The notes beneath the pieces were generated by a model. The model worked only from the letters and a program-made list of their open reading frames with translations. It was not told the origin of the DNA and did no database searches. A stretch of 64,000 bases of DNA from Anaerolineae bacterium (GTDB lineage Bacteria > Chloroflexota > Anaerolineae > UBA1429), in NCBI GenBank assembly GCA_963675785.1, contig OY776562.1:2336001-2400000 (forward strand), read 5' to 3'. A program made the translations under genes and the position numbers. The first letter of the stretch is position 1, and each line of letters begins with the position of its first letter. This document shows positions 16,275-25,696 of this stretch, piece by piece.

Positions 16275-18020
16275 ATGCCAAACTTTCGATTGAAGCTGGC
16301 CGCACTGGTTGCGTCAGCCGTCATGGTGGTTGGCTGCAGCACGAGTGGCTCGGCCAGCCCTGAGCAGTTTTATTCCACCGGGCAAGTAACGCGCGGCGAT
16401 ATGGCCGAAGTGATTCAGACCTACGGCCAGATTACGGCGCAAGAAGAAGAGACCCTCACCTTTGGTACTGTCAGCGGCACCATCTCTGAGGTACTGGTGA
16501 GCGTCGGCCAAACCGTACAGGCGGGTGATCCGCTGGTGCGGCTGAACACGGCTGCGTTGGAAAAGGCGCTGGTAGAAGCCAAGGCCGATCTGGTGGTGGC
16601 CGAAGCCAAGCTGCGCGAAGCCGAGGTAACTGCCTCGGAATCCGCCGTGCTGGAGGCCGAAGCGAACCTCATCTCGGCTGAGAACGCGGTCTCTAAAGCC
16701 TATCTCGACTGGCAGATCGCCATCGCGACGGGCCTCGAATCGCTGCAGAACGCGGTGACCAAGGCCCAGGCCGACGTGGCGCTGGCCCAACAGCAATTGG
16801 AGATGACTCAACTTACCGCGCAGAGCGGGCAGATTCGCCTGTTGGAATACGACGAGGCGTTTTTGCAGCGCAGCCTGCGCGACATTACCCCCGAGCAAGA
16901 CCCCGCGCCGATTCAGGAGCAGTTGGAGCAGACTCAGCAGAGCCTGGCCACTGCGCGTGCCTCGCGCGAGAGCAGCATTCAATCGGCGCAGGACGTGGTG
17001 GATCAGGCCGAGCAGGATTTAGCCCGCGCCCAGGCCAAGCTACAGCGCGCCACAAATGGCACCGACGATCCCACGGTTAGCGCCGAACTCGCCTATACAC
17101 AGGCTGTGAGCCAGCGCGATGCTGCCCAAAAGGCGTTGGACGACCTCAATCAGGGCGGTGACCCTGCCTCTGTGGAGGCCGCCAAAACGACTTATGATGC
17201 GGCCTTGGCCAAGGTAGAAGAGATCGAGTCCAAGATTGAAGATACAACCCTCACCGCTCCCTTTGCCGGCGTCATCTTTTCGCTCAATGCCCAAGAGGGC
17301 CAGGTGGTTACTTCCTCCGATCAGATCATTTACCTGGCCAACCCCTCTGAGTTGAGCGCTACCGCCAACGTTTCCGAGGTCGATGTGGTGAAGCTCAGTC
17401 TCGGTCAAGAGGTGCGCGCCACTTTTGACGCCTTCCCCGACGAGCTGGTTATCGGCGAATTGGAGAGCATCGATCAACAGGCTGATACGCAGAGCGGCAT
17501 TCCTGCGTTCGCCATCAAGGTCGCTTTTGACGAGACGCCTGACGGCGTCAGCCCCGGCCTGAGCGCCAATCTGCGCATCATCATTGGCGAACGGCAAGAT
17601 GTCATTATGGTGCCCGCCGCCGCCCTGCAGCAGGATTGGGAAAACGTGTATGTGCAGGTGCAAAAGGCCAGCGGTTCCTGGGAAACGCGCACTATCACCA
17701 TCGGCATCAATGATGGCATCATGGTGGAGGTTCTCAGCGGACTGGAAGAGGGCGAGACAGTGATGCTGCCTCTCACCGATACCAGCACTGACACCGGTAC
17801 GGGCGTCGTCGAACCTCTCATGGAAGATTCCAATCAAGAAGGCGTCATCGATGAGACTGGAGACGGCGTCATTCTTGACGATTCAGGCGAAGGTGTGATC
17901 ATCGAAGAAGCAGGGTCTTCTGAGGCAGGGATTGGCGGAGCTGATAGCCCTGAGATCATTGAAACGACGCCGCTGACCGATACGGTGTCCGTTGATAAAG
18001 AAAGCACAGAGGCCAGGTAA
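16275..18020 (+). CDS. Lipoprotein efflux adaptor (HlyD/MFP) with long coiled coil, operon 1
   Basis: Lipobox VVG-C; split lipoyl halves (GQTVQAGDPL / LTAPFAGVI); GLEEGETV; acidic disordered tail. Confidence 0.8.
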   Translation: MPNFRLKLAALVASAVMVVGCSTSGSASPEQFYSTGQVTRGDMAEVIQTYGQITAQEEETLTFGTVSGTISEVLVSVGQTVQAGDPLVRLNTAALEKALVEAKADLVVAEAKLREAEVTASESAVLEAEANLISAENAVSKAYLDWQIAIATGLESLQNAVTKAQADVALAQQQLEMTQLTAQSGQIRLLEYDEAFLQRSLRDITPEQDPAPIQEQLEQTQQSLATARASRESSIQSAQDVVDQAEQDLARAQAKLQRATNGTDDPTVSAELAYTQAVSQRDAAQKALDDLNQGGDPASVEAAKTTYDAALAKVEEIESKIEDTTLTAPFAGVIFSLNAQEGQVVTSSDQIIYLANPSELSATANVSEVDVVKLSLGQEVRATFDAFPDELVIGELESIDQQADTQSGIPAFAIKVAFDETPDGVSPGLSANLRIIIGERQDVIMVPAAALQQDWENVYVQVQKASGSWETRTITIGINDGIMVEVLSGLEEGETVMLPLTDTSTDTGTGVVEPLMEDSNQEGVIDETGDGVILDDSGEGVIIEEAGSSEAGIGGADSPEIIETTPLTDTVSVDKESTEAR

Positions 18021-18021
18021 G

Positions 18022-19647
18022 ATGAGCAAGAAACGTAAATGGACCAAGCCGCTGGCCGGCATCGGCTGCCTTTCTGTCATCGCCATCGTTGTGGTATTGG
18101 TGATTACGGTCGCAATTCCCCAGATCAAATCGCTGGTGAACGGCGACACGGATCAATCCCAATGGGACCTCATGGGCCCTACTATCGACCAAACAGTAAC
18201 TGTTGGCTCGGTTTCCAACGGCATTCAGGTGTACGGCACGGTCAAGCCTATCCGCGAGGCCTCGCTGTCCTTTGGGTACGGCAACGCCACGGTATCGCTG
18301 ATCAACGTCTACGCGGGCATGCCCGTCATGGCGGGGGATACTCTCATTCAGGTGGATACCGAAGAGCGCGAGCGCGACCTGGCGCAGGCCAAATCGGATT
18401 TACAGGACGCCCAGGATGAACTGGACGCCCTTTTGAGCGGAGTCGATCTGGCATCAAAACAGCTCGAACTAAGAGTAGAGCTGGCCCAGTGGCAGGAGAA
18501 ACTCACTGACGCACAGACTGCACTGGCCGATTTCGATGCGGGCAAGGGGACTCCTGCCGAAGAGAGAGAACGCGCTGCGCAAGAACTGACCCAGGCTCGG
18601 GCCAATTTGGACGAGCTAGTAAACGGCCAAGATCGGCAAGAGATGATCGATCAGTTGCAGTGGATCTATAACCAGGCCGAAGTCAAGCATGGCGAGATGA
18701 CGGTCATTGCCAACCCCAGCGAGCAAGACATGGATATCGAGTGGCTGCTGCGCATCGATATGCTGGCCAAGTACGAATCGTTGGAGCAGGCCAAACTGCA
18801 ATACGATATAGACGTTGCCAACGCCGAGCTGCGTGTGCAGACTGCTGAGCAAGAACTCGCCCGGCTGGATGCAGAGCTGGCGCTAGGGAGCCAGGCCATT
18901 GCCCGGCAAGAGATTGTCGCCGAGATTGCCGCAGCGCAAACGCGTATTGCCCAAATCAACGCGTCGCTTACTAACCTTTCGCAGAATGTGGATACGGCCG
19001 AAGTAGCCGAAGCGCGTGCTGAGGTCATCAAAAAAGAGGGTGCTCTGGAAGAAGCCGAGAACGCCATGGCGGATTCGGTGCTCGTAGCCCCCTTTGACGG
19101 TCTCGTGGCTCAGGTCAATGCTGAGCAAGGCAGTCCCGTATCCGCTGGGGCAGCTGTTGTCATCATCCAGGATACCAGTTCGTTGCGCATCACTGCCCAG
19201 ATGAGCGAGGTCGACCTCAAACGCATTACCACTGGCGATCCCGTAGTGGTCACTTTTGACGCCTATCCTGGTCAGCAAGTCTATGGCACAGTTGGCGAAT
19301 TGCCGCTCACGGGCACTTATCAGAACGGCATCACCACCTACGAGGTGCCTGTTCTCCTCGAGGATGTGGGTATCGACCTGATGACCGGCATGTCGGCCAA
19401 TGTGCTGGTGCCACTGGAAACCATCGATAACGTGCTGGTGGTTCCCGCAGCAGCCGTGTTTAGTGAATACACTGGTGACGACTATGTTTGGCTCGTCAAT
19501 GGCAACGATGTCGAAAAACAATACATTGAAGTGGGCATTAGCGATGGCCTAAACACCGAGATCAAGGCGGGGTTGGAAGAGGGTCAGATTGTGCGAATGG
19601 TCACCCAGAGCTATTCCCAAAGCTCTGGAGGAGTGATATTCTACTAA
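18022..19647 (+). CDS. Membrane-anchored efflux adaptor (HlyD/MFP), operon 1
   Basis: N-terminal TM helix, long coiled coil, LVAPFDG, GMSANV, GLEEGQ. Confidence 0.8.
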   Translation: MSKKRKWTKPLAGIGCLSVIAIVVVLVITVAIPQIKSLVNGDTDQSQWDLMGPTIDQTVTVGSVSNGIQVYGTVKPIREASLSFGYGNATVSLINVYAGMPVMAGDTLIQVDTEERERDLAQAKSDLQDAQDELDALLSGVDLASKQLELRVELAQWQEKLTDAQTALADFDAGKGTPAEERERAAQELTQARANLDELVNGQDRQEMIDQLQWIYNQAEVKHGEMTVIANPSEQDMDIEWLLRIDMLAKYESLEQAKLQYDIDVANAELRVQTAEQELARLDAELALGSQAIARQEIVAEIAAAQTRIAQINASLTNLSQNVDTAEVAEARAEVIKKEGALEEAENAMADSVLVAPFDGLVAQVNAEQGSPVSAGAAVVIIQDTSSLRITAQMSEVDLKRITTGDPVVVTFDAYPGQQVYGTVGELPLTGTYQNGITTYEVPVLLEDVGIDLMTGMSANVLVPLETIDNVLVVPAAAVFSEYTGDDYVWLVNGNDVEKQYIEVGISDGLNTEIKAGLEEGQIVRMVTQSYSQSSGGVIFY

Positions 19648-20939
19648 TGAAAAGGCCAATCAATCTACAATTTGCGCTGCATGGGCTGGGTTCCAGCAAG
19701 CTGCGTTCGGCACTCACTACACTTGGCATCGTCATCGGTGTCGCCGCTGTCATTACGATCGTCTCTTTGGGGCAAGGCCTAAGCCGGGCCACAAAGGAAC
19801 AGATGGAATCTTATGGCAGTGGTACCATTGAGGTGCGTCCATCGATGAGCGGCGGCTATTACTATTCTGATTATGCAATGAGCTCGGTTGCTGTAATGGG
19901 TGGGAGTGATTACTATTCTTCGCCGGCGCAGGCCCAGCTTACGTCTCAGGATGTAACAGCCATCGAAATGCTTTCCACACGCGTGGACGGCGTATCTCCA
20001 CAAATCGAGATCTATGGCAGCAGCTCGTGGAATGGCGAAAGCACCTACGCGGGTTCGATCCTTGGTATCACGCCGGAATGGCTCAACGTCTACAAGCGAG
20101 AACTGTCTCTGGGACGCTTTATCTCGGATGAAGACAACCAAAATCAGTTGCCCGTTGTGGTCATTGACGAGCAATTGGCAGAAGAGGTGATGGGAAGTAT
20201 CAATCCGATCGGACAAATCCTCCATATCACTGTCAACGAAGTTACGCAAAACTATACGGTGATTGGAGTGCTCGCTGCCAACTCTCAGTACAGTTCTACG
20301 CGCTATAACCTGCTCATCCCTATGGAAACCGCGAACGTACGCCTGCCTGGCGCACGTGATGCAGGTATCAGTATGATTGCCTTGCGTATGGATGATCGCG
20401 ACATGCAAGAACGCGAATATGCTTTGGCTGAGGTCAACACGATCCTGCGCGCCAGCCACAAGCTTAGCCGATCGGATACGGCAGACTTTTACCTGCAAGA
20501 CACGCTGCAATATAGTGAAAGCTCCACCCAATTCCTCCAAGTCGTTACTATTGTTCTCGCCCTGATAGCCGGCATCTCTTTGATTGTAGGCAGCATCGGC
20601 CTCATGAACATCATGCTGGTCACTGTAAGTGAACGCACCTGGGAGATCGGTATGCGCAGGGCCATCGGCGCCCAGCGCAGCGACATCATGGTGCAGTTCC
20701 TGACAGAAGCCATCCTTCTTTCGCTGGCTGGAGGTTTGGTTGGCATGGGATTGGGAATCGCTGGCTCCTATGGTGTGGCGATGCTGTTCGAGGAACTTCA
20801 AGGGCATATCGTGGTCACAGCGGGCATCGTCGGCATTGCCGTAGGTGTATCAACAATCGTTGGCGTCGTTTCAGGCCTGTACCCTGCATGGCGCGCAGCC
20901 CGGTTGCAACCGACAGAAGCGCTTAGACACATGGCCTAG
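19647..20939 (+). CDS. MacB/YknZ-like ABC permease, operon 1
   Basis: LRSALTTLGIVIGV, GLMNIMLVTVSERTWEIGMRRAIGA, YPAWRAARLQPTEALR. Confidence 0.9.
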   Translation: MKRPINLQFALHGLGSSKLRSALTTLGIVIGVAAVITIVSLGQGLSRATKEQMESYGSGTIEVRPSMSGGYYYSDYAMSSVAVMGGSDYYSSPAQAQLTSQDVTAIEMLSTRVDGVSPQIEIYGSSSWNGESTYAGSILGITPEWLNVYKRELSLGRFISDEDNQNQLPVVVIDEQLAEEVMGSINPIGQILHITVNEVTQNYTVIGVLAANSQYSSTRYNLLIPMETANVRLPGARDAGISMIALRMDDRDMQEREYALAEVNTILRASHKLSRSDTADFYLQDTLQYSESSTQFLQVVTIVLALIAGISLIVGSIGLMNIMLVTVSERTWEIGMRRAIGAQRSDIMVQFLTEAILLSLAGGLVGMGLGIAGSYGVAMLFEELQGHIVVTAGIVGIAVGVSTIVGVVSGLYPAWRAARLQPTEALRHMA

Positions 20940-20965
20940 TTGTAGCAAGTACGCAGGAGGATTTC

Positions 20966-21664
20966 ATGACAAGTGAAAACGGCGCTCTGCTGCACCTGGA
21001 GAACGTCCGCAAAATCTACCAGATGGGCGAAGTAGAAGTCGAAGCCATCAAGAACGCCAGCCTGGATATTCAGGCTGGAGAATTCGTTGCCATTGTTGGG
21101 CCTTCAGGTTCTGGAAAAACAACCATGCTCAACATCGTTGGCTGTCTCGATCTGCCTACAGAGGGCACGTATTATCTTCAGGGGCAGGATGTGATGGCCA
21201 TGAACGATAGGCGAATCTCGCAGCTTCGTGGCGAGGGGCTGGGGTTTGTTTTTCAGAATTATAGCCTTTTGAACCGCGCCACGGCCCTGGCCAACGTTGA
21301 AATGCCCTACCTTTACAAGTACCGCAATGGAAATAAGAACCGTGCCAAAGAATTATTGGAAAAGGTTGGGCTCGGAGATCGTATCAACCACCGCCCCACC
21401 GAATTATCTGGTGGGCAGCAGCAACGTGTAGCTGTGGCGCGCGCGCTGATGAACGACCCTTTCTTGCTGTTAGCGGATGAACCTACCGGCAACCTGGATA
21501 GTCACTCGGGCCAAGAGCTCATGGATTTGTTCGATCAACTCAACCATGAGCAAGGGCTTACTATCATCATGGTTACCCATGACGCCGACATAAGTGCACG
21601 GGCCAAGCGCACTGTACACATGCTGGATGGTGAAGTTGAGCACGACGAACACAACGGCAGATAG
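20966..21664 (+). CDS. ABC ATP-binding protein (LolD/MacB type), operon 1
   Basis: [32 protein letters not shown]. Confidence 0.95.
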   Translation: MTSENGALLHLENVRKIYQMGEVEVEAIKNASLDIQAGEFVAIVGPSGSGKTTMLNIVGCLDLPTEGTYYLQGQDVMAMNDRRISQLRGEGLGFVFQNYSLLNRATALANVEMPYLYKYRNGNKNRAKELLEKVGLGDRINHRPTELSGGQQQRVAVARALMNDPFLLLADEPTGNLDSHSGQELMDLFDQLNHEQGLTIIMVTHDADISARAKRTVHMLDGEVEHDEHNGR

Positions 21665-21691
21665 CTCTCTCTAGATTTTGCTTATCAACAA

Positions 21692-21730
21692 GAACCGCTG
21701 CACCTCGAATGAGGTACAGCGGTTCGTTTT
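21692..21730 (+). terminator. Terminator of operon 1
   Basis: GAACCGCTGcACCTC-GAAT-GAGGTaCAGCGGTTC followed by GTTTT. Confidence 0.7.
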
Positions 21731-21881
21731 AGGTTGGGATGCCCCCACTCTACCCAAAAGCTCAATACTAAAAGAACTAAACAACTATCTAACAGCCGAT
21801 TCATATTGTCTCTATATTCTTTTACGAGAATCTAGTACAGATTTGCCGGATTTGCTCAATGAACCTCTCCCACACACAAAC

Positions 21882-21923
21882 AAAAAATCCGATTCACGGG
21901 CCCAAGGGCCTGCAAATCGGATT
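21882..21923 (-). terminator. Probable tRNA terminator
   Basis: AATCCGATT..GGCCC-AA-GGGCC..AATCGGATT hairpin with adjacent A6 tract. Confidence 0.55.
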
Positions 21924-21934
21924 AGCATTTCTAG

Positions 21935-22007
21935 CGCGCCCAGCAGGGGTCGAACCTGCAACCGACGGATTCGAAGTCCGGCACTCTATCCATTGAGCTA
22001 TGGGCGC
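21935..22007 (-). tRNA. tRNA-Arg (anticodon UCG), CCA not encoded
   Basis: Reverse complement folds as GCGCCCA acceptor, GCTC/GAGT D arm, loop CTTCGAA, GCAGG-TTCGACC-CCTGC T arm; followed by CTA; TTGACA-N16-TAAACT promoter at 22023-22050. Confidence 0.93.
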
Positions 22008-22158
22008 AAAACTCACCACCCTAGTTTAGTCTGGCCCTGCTCTCTGTCAAATGGCCCAGCCCGAAGACCCGTAGGCCAAGATATCTATTTGCTGGCGCAT
22101 TGCCCACAGAGCGCAAGTAACTATCCGACAAAGCACTATTCGAAAGGAGCCTTATCTA

Positions 22159-24054
22159 ATGCCAAGCTCTCGATTAAAACTGCCCTCCCTACTGGCGGCA
22201 GTTATTTTGGTGGCAGGCTGTAGTGGCACCACAGGCAATTCATCCGATGCCAGCGTTTTCTACTCTACTTCAGAAGTAGCAATCGGCAATGTCTCTGAAA
22301 TCGTTTCGAGTTATGGCAGCGTTGCTGCACAAGAAGAAGAGACCATGACTTTTGACAGTGTCAGCGGTACGGTTTCCGAAATCTATGTGACCGCAGGGCA
22401 GACCGTCCAAGAAGGAACTCCACTTCTTAGCCTTGACACCACCGATCTGGAAGAAGAACTTGTCGAAGCCAACGCTGAACTCGTTGTTGCAGAAGCCAAG
22501 CTGCGTGAAGAGGAAGTAACCGCTTCGGAATCTGCAGTACTGGAAGCCGAAGCCAACCTCGCTACTGCTGAAAACCAAGTTTCCCAAACATATCTCGAAT
22601 GGCAGATTGCCATTGCTAGTGGGCTAGAAACCCTACAAAACGATGTAACAGATGCTGAATACGCTCTGGAAAAAGCCCAACAAGAACTCGAGATGACTGA
22701 GCTTACTTCACAAAGTTCAACCATACGCCAACTCGAATATGATATCGCCTTCTTTGAGCGCACCCTGCGCGATCTCGATGATGAGGAAGAAGAAGCTGAC
22801 ATTGAAGAGGAATCGGCCGAAGCCGAAAAGAGTCTCACATCTGCACAAGCGTCTCGCGAGAGCGCAATTCAGAACGCTCAAGATGCAGTAGATCAGGCTC
22901 AAGAAGATCTGGATAAGGCTCAGGCTAAACTCAATCTGGCCATTGCCGGCACATACGACCCGACTGCTTCGACAGAGCTTGCCTATCAGCAAGCCGTCAG
23001 CGAGCGTGATGATGCTCAAGAAGCGCTGGATGAACTCAACGAAGGCGGTGATCCTGCTTCTGTGGAGGCAGCTCAAACGGCATATGATGCAGCTCTTGCT
23101 AACGTCCAAGATCTAGAAGAGCAGATTGCGGATACAACGCTCTATGCTCCTTTTGACGGTATCATTTTTACATTGAATGTTGATCTGGGAGACACTGTTG
23201 CAGCAACAGACAGCATTATCTATATCGCCAACATGAGTGCCCTAGGTGCCAGCGGAACCGTATCTGAAGTCGATTACTCTTTGCTCAAAGTAGGACAATC
23301 TGTTCTCGTTACCTTTGATGCCTATCCTGATATTTCTGTCACGGGAGAACTGACCGAAGTCTCTGAAGAGGCGGACTCTGACTCAACGGTGCCTACATTT
23401 GACATCGAGGTGGCCTTCTCAGAAACACCAGAAGAGATCACCCCAAGCATTACCGCCAATCTGAGCATCGTTGTAGGAGAGCTCGAAGATGTTCTTACGG
23501 TAGCTGCGGCCGCAATCCAACAAGATGGTGATACCGTCTATGTGCAAGTGCAAAAGAGCACTGGAGACTGGGAAGCACGTGAGGTATCGATTGGGCTCAG
23601 CGACGGCACACTATGTGAAGTTCTGGATGGTCTAGAAGAGGGTGAAACTGTCATGATCCCCGTTGTTTCTAGTGGCAGCTCATCAGAAGATGAAGAGGAA
23701 GATACGACTGAAGAGGCGACGCTCGAACCTATAGCGACGACCACACCAGAGAGTACCGAATCTTCAACAGAGGATACCTCCGCTATGCCCGAAATTACGA
23801 TGCCCACAGATGGCCAATTCCCGACCCAAGGGCAGCAAGGTCAGGGCCCCATGGGAGAAGGGGGAGGAACTGATTCTACTCTAGATCAGTTGCAGGATCT
23901 CTTGGGTGATGGCACTGATACTGCGCCCAGTGGTGGTGAGATGCCCAGCGGCGGCGAGATGCCCAGTGGCGGCGAAATGCCCAGTGGTGGCGAAATGCCC
24001 AGTGGCGGCGAAATACCCAGTGGCGGCGAGATGCCCAGTCAGACGAATCCCTAA
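22159..24054 (+). CDS. Lipoprotein efflux adaptor (HlyD/MFP), operon 2, highly acidic
   Basis: Paralog of 16275-18020; lipobox VAG-C; C-terminal PSGGEM repeats. Confidence 0.8.
   Translation: MPSSRLKLPSLLAAVILVAGCSGTTGNSSDASVFYSTSEVAIGNVSEIVSSYGSVAAQEEETMTFDSVSGTVSEIYVTAGQTVQEGTPLLSLDTTDLEEELVEANAELVVAEAKLREEEVTASESAVLEAEANLATAENQVSQTYLEWQIAIASGLETLQNDVTDAEYALEKAQQELEMTELTSQSSTIRQLEYDIAFFERTLRDLDDEEEEADIEEESAEAEKSLTSAQASRESAIQNAQDAVDQAQEDLDKAQAKLNLAIAGTYDPTASTELAYQQAVSERDDAQEALDELNEGGDPASVEAAQTAYDAALANVQDLEEQIADTTLYAPFDGIIFTLNVDLGDTVAATDSIIYIANMSALGASGTVSEVDYSLLKVGQSVLVTFDAYPDISVTGELTEVSEEADSDSTVPTFDIEVAFSETPEEITPSITANLSIVVGELEDVLTVAAAAIQQDGDTVYVQVQKSTGDWEAREVSIGLSDGTLCEVLDGLEEGETVMIPVVSSGSSSEDEEEDTTEEATLEPIATTTPESTESSTEDTSAMPEITMPTDGQFPTQGQQGQGPMGEGGGTDSTLDQLQDLLGDGTDTAPSGGEMPSGGEMPSGGEMPSGGEMPSGGEIPSGGEMPSQTNP
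23926..24039 (+). repeat. 18-bp in-frame tandem repeat x6 (PSGGEM/I)
   Basis: CCCAGYGGYGGYGARATR units read directly. Confidence 0.95.
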
Positions 24055-24072
24055 GGATAGAGGCAAAATAGC

Positions 24073-25683
24073 ATGAAAAAGAACCAGAAATTAACCAAAG
24101 CATTACCTACGCTTGGCTGCCTCACAGTCGTCGTCGTTGTCATTGTGCTGGTAATCACTATGGGCTGGCCAATGCTCAAGTCAGCTGTAGGGGTAGATAC
24201 ATCAAGCGCTACGTCGTCATTCGATCTTATTGGTTCAACTGTCGATGCGACTGTGGAGATAGGCTCTGTTTCTGATGGTATTCAGCTCTATGGCACAGTG
24301 AATCCGGTACAAGAGGCATCTTTGACTTTTGGTTATGGCAACGCAACCGTTTCCGTCGTCAATGTCGAGACCGGTGATACGGTTGCAGAGGGAGCTGTCC
24401 TTGTTCAGGTTGATACTGAAGATCGAGAAAACGACGTCGTTCAAGCCAAAGCAGACTTGCAGGATGCTGAAGACGAACTTGCCGATCTCTTGAGTGAAAC
24501 CAGTGCAGAGACGAGTCAGCTCAAGCTAGAAGTCGAACTCAGTGAGGCGCAACAACAACTGGCAGAAGACCAGGCTGAACTGGCAGCGTTCGATGCAGGG
24601 GAAGGGACTTCCACTGAAGACAGAGAACGTGCAACAGAAACGCTTGCACAAGCTGAAGCGACGCTGGATGAACTCGTGAATAGTAGCGATCGCCAAGATC
24701 AGATCGATAACCTGCAATGGATTTACAACCAAGCTGAGGTTAAGCATGGTGAGATGACGGTCATCACAAATCCCAGCGAACAAGACTCGGACAAAGAATG
24801 GCTTTTGCGCATCGACATGCTGGAAAAGCAAGAGGCGCTCGAAAAGGCTCAGCTACAATATGAGATGGATATCGCTGCAGCAGAGCACGATGTTGAGGTA
24901 GCGACAAGAGAACTCGCCGAGATCAATGCAGAAATAGCCCTTGGCAGTCAATCGATTACGCGCCAAAAGATCGTTGCCGCAATCATGGCCGACGAAGCGC
25001 GTATTGCTCAGATCAATGCCTCACTGACCAATCTGTCGGAAGATGAAGAAAGTTCCGATATAGCCGAAGCTCGAGCTGCCGTCATCAAGGCTGAAGGCGC
25101 CCTAGAAGAAGCCCAGAATGCTTTGGCCGACTCTATACTCGTTGCACCTTTTGCAGGCACAATCACACAAGTCAATGTCTCTGAGGACAGCGAAGTTTCT
25201 GGCGGCATGACGGCTGTTGTCATCCAAGACAGAACTTCACTTGTTCTGTTGGCGGAAGTAAGCGAAGTGGACATTGTGGATATTGCCGCGGGTGATCAGG
25301 TTATCATCACTTTCGACGCGCTTTCAGACATTGAGGTTACTGGCACGATCGATGAATTGCCGCTAACCGGTACATATGACAGTGGTGTCACGACCTATGA
25401 AGTGCCCATTAACATGGACACAATCCCTTCGACGGTCAAAACGGGCATGTCTGCTAACATACTCATCCCCACAGGTACGATCGAAGATGTACTCGTAGTG
25501 CCAGCCGCTGCAGTATATAGCGATAACAGTGGTGATTATGTGTGGATAGTAGATGGCAACAGCCTTGAACAGCAGTATATCGAAACGGGATATAGCGACG
25601 GGCTGTACACCCAAGTCAATGAGGGGCTCGAAGAGGGGCAGACCATACGGTATGCCACGCAGAGCTACTCATCTGGTTACTGA
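24073..25683 (+). CDS. Membrane-anchored efflux adaptor (HlyD/MFP), operon 2
   Basis: Paralog of 18022-19647 sharing LQWIYNQAEVKHGEMTVI.NPSEQD...EWLLRIDML. Confidence 0.8.
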   Translation: MKKNQKLTKALPTLGCLTVVVVVIVLVITMGWPMLKSAVGVDTSSATSSFDLIGSTVDATVEIGSVSDGIQLYGTVNPVQEASLTFGYGNATVSVVNVETGDTVAEGAVLVQVDTEDRENDVVQAKADLQDAEDELADLLSETSAETSQLKLEVELSEAQQQLAEDQAELAAFDAGEGTSTEDRERATETLAQAEATLDELVNSSDRQDQIDNLQWIYNQAEVKHGEMTVITNPSEQDSDKEWLLRIDMLEKQEALEKAQLQYEMDIAAAEHDVEVATRELAEINAEIALGSQSITRQKIVAAIMADEARIAQINASLTNLSEDEESSDIAEARAAVIKAEGALEEAQNALADSILVAPFAGTITQVNVSEDSEVSGGMTAVVIQDRTSLVLLAEVSEVDIVDIAAGDQVIITFDALSDIEVTGTIDELPLTGTYDSGVTTYEVPINMDTIPSTVKTGMSANILIPTGTIEDVLVVPAAAVYSDNSGDYVWIVDGNSLEQQYIETGYSDGLYTQVNEGLEEGQTIRYATQSYSSGY

Positions 25684-25696
25684 GAGGGGTGCACTC

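Noticed and set aside
12450-21935. tRNA-anchored genomic island spanning Sir2-HerA and operon 1
   Set aside because: No integrase, and I found no duplicate of the tRNA 3' end in the window
21678-22223. 181-aa ORF across the inter-operon region
   Set aside because: Overlaps the tRNA, terminators and next gene start; no recognisable protein features
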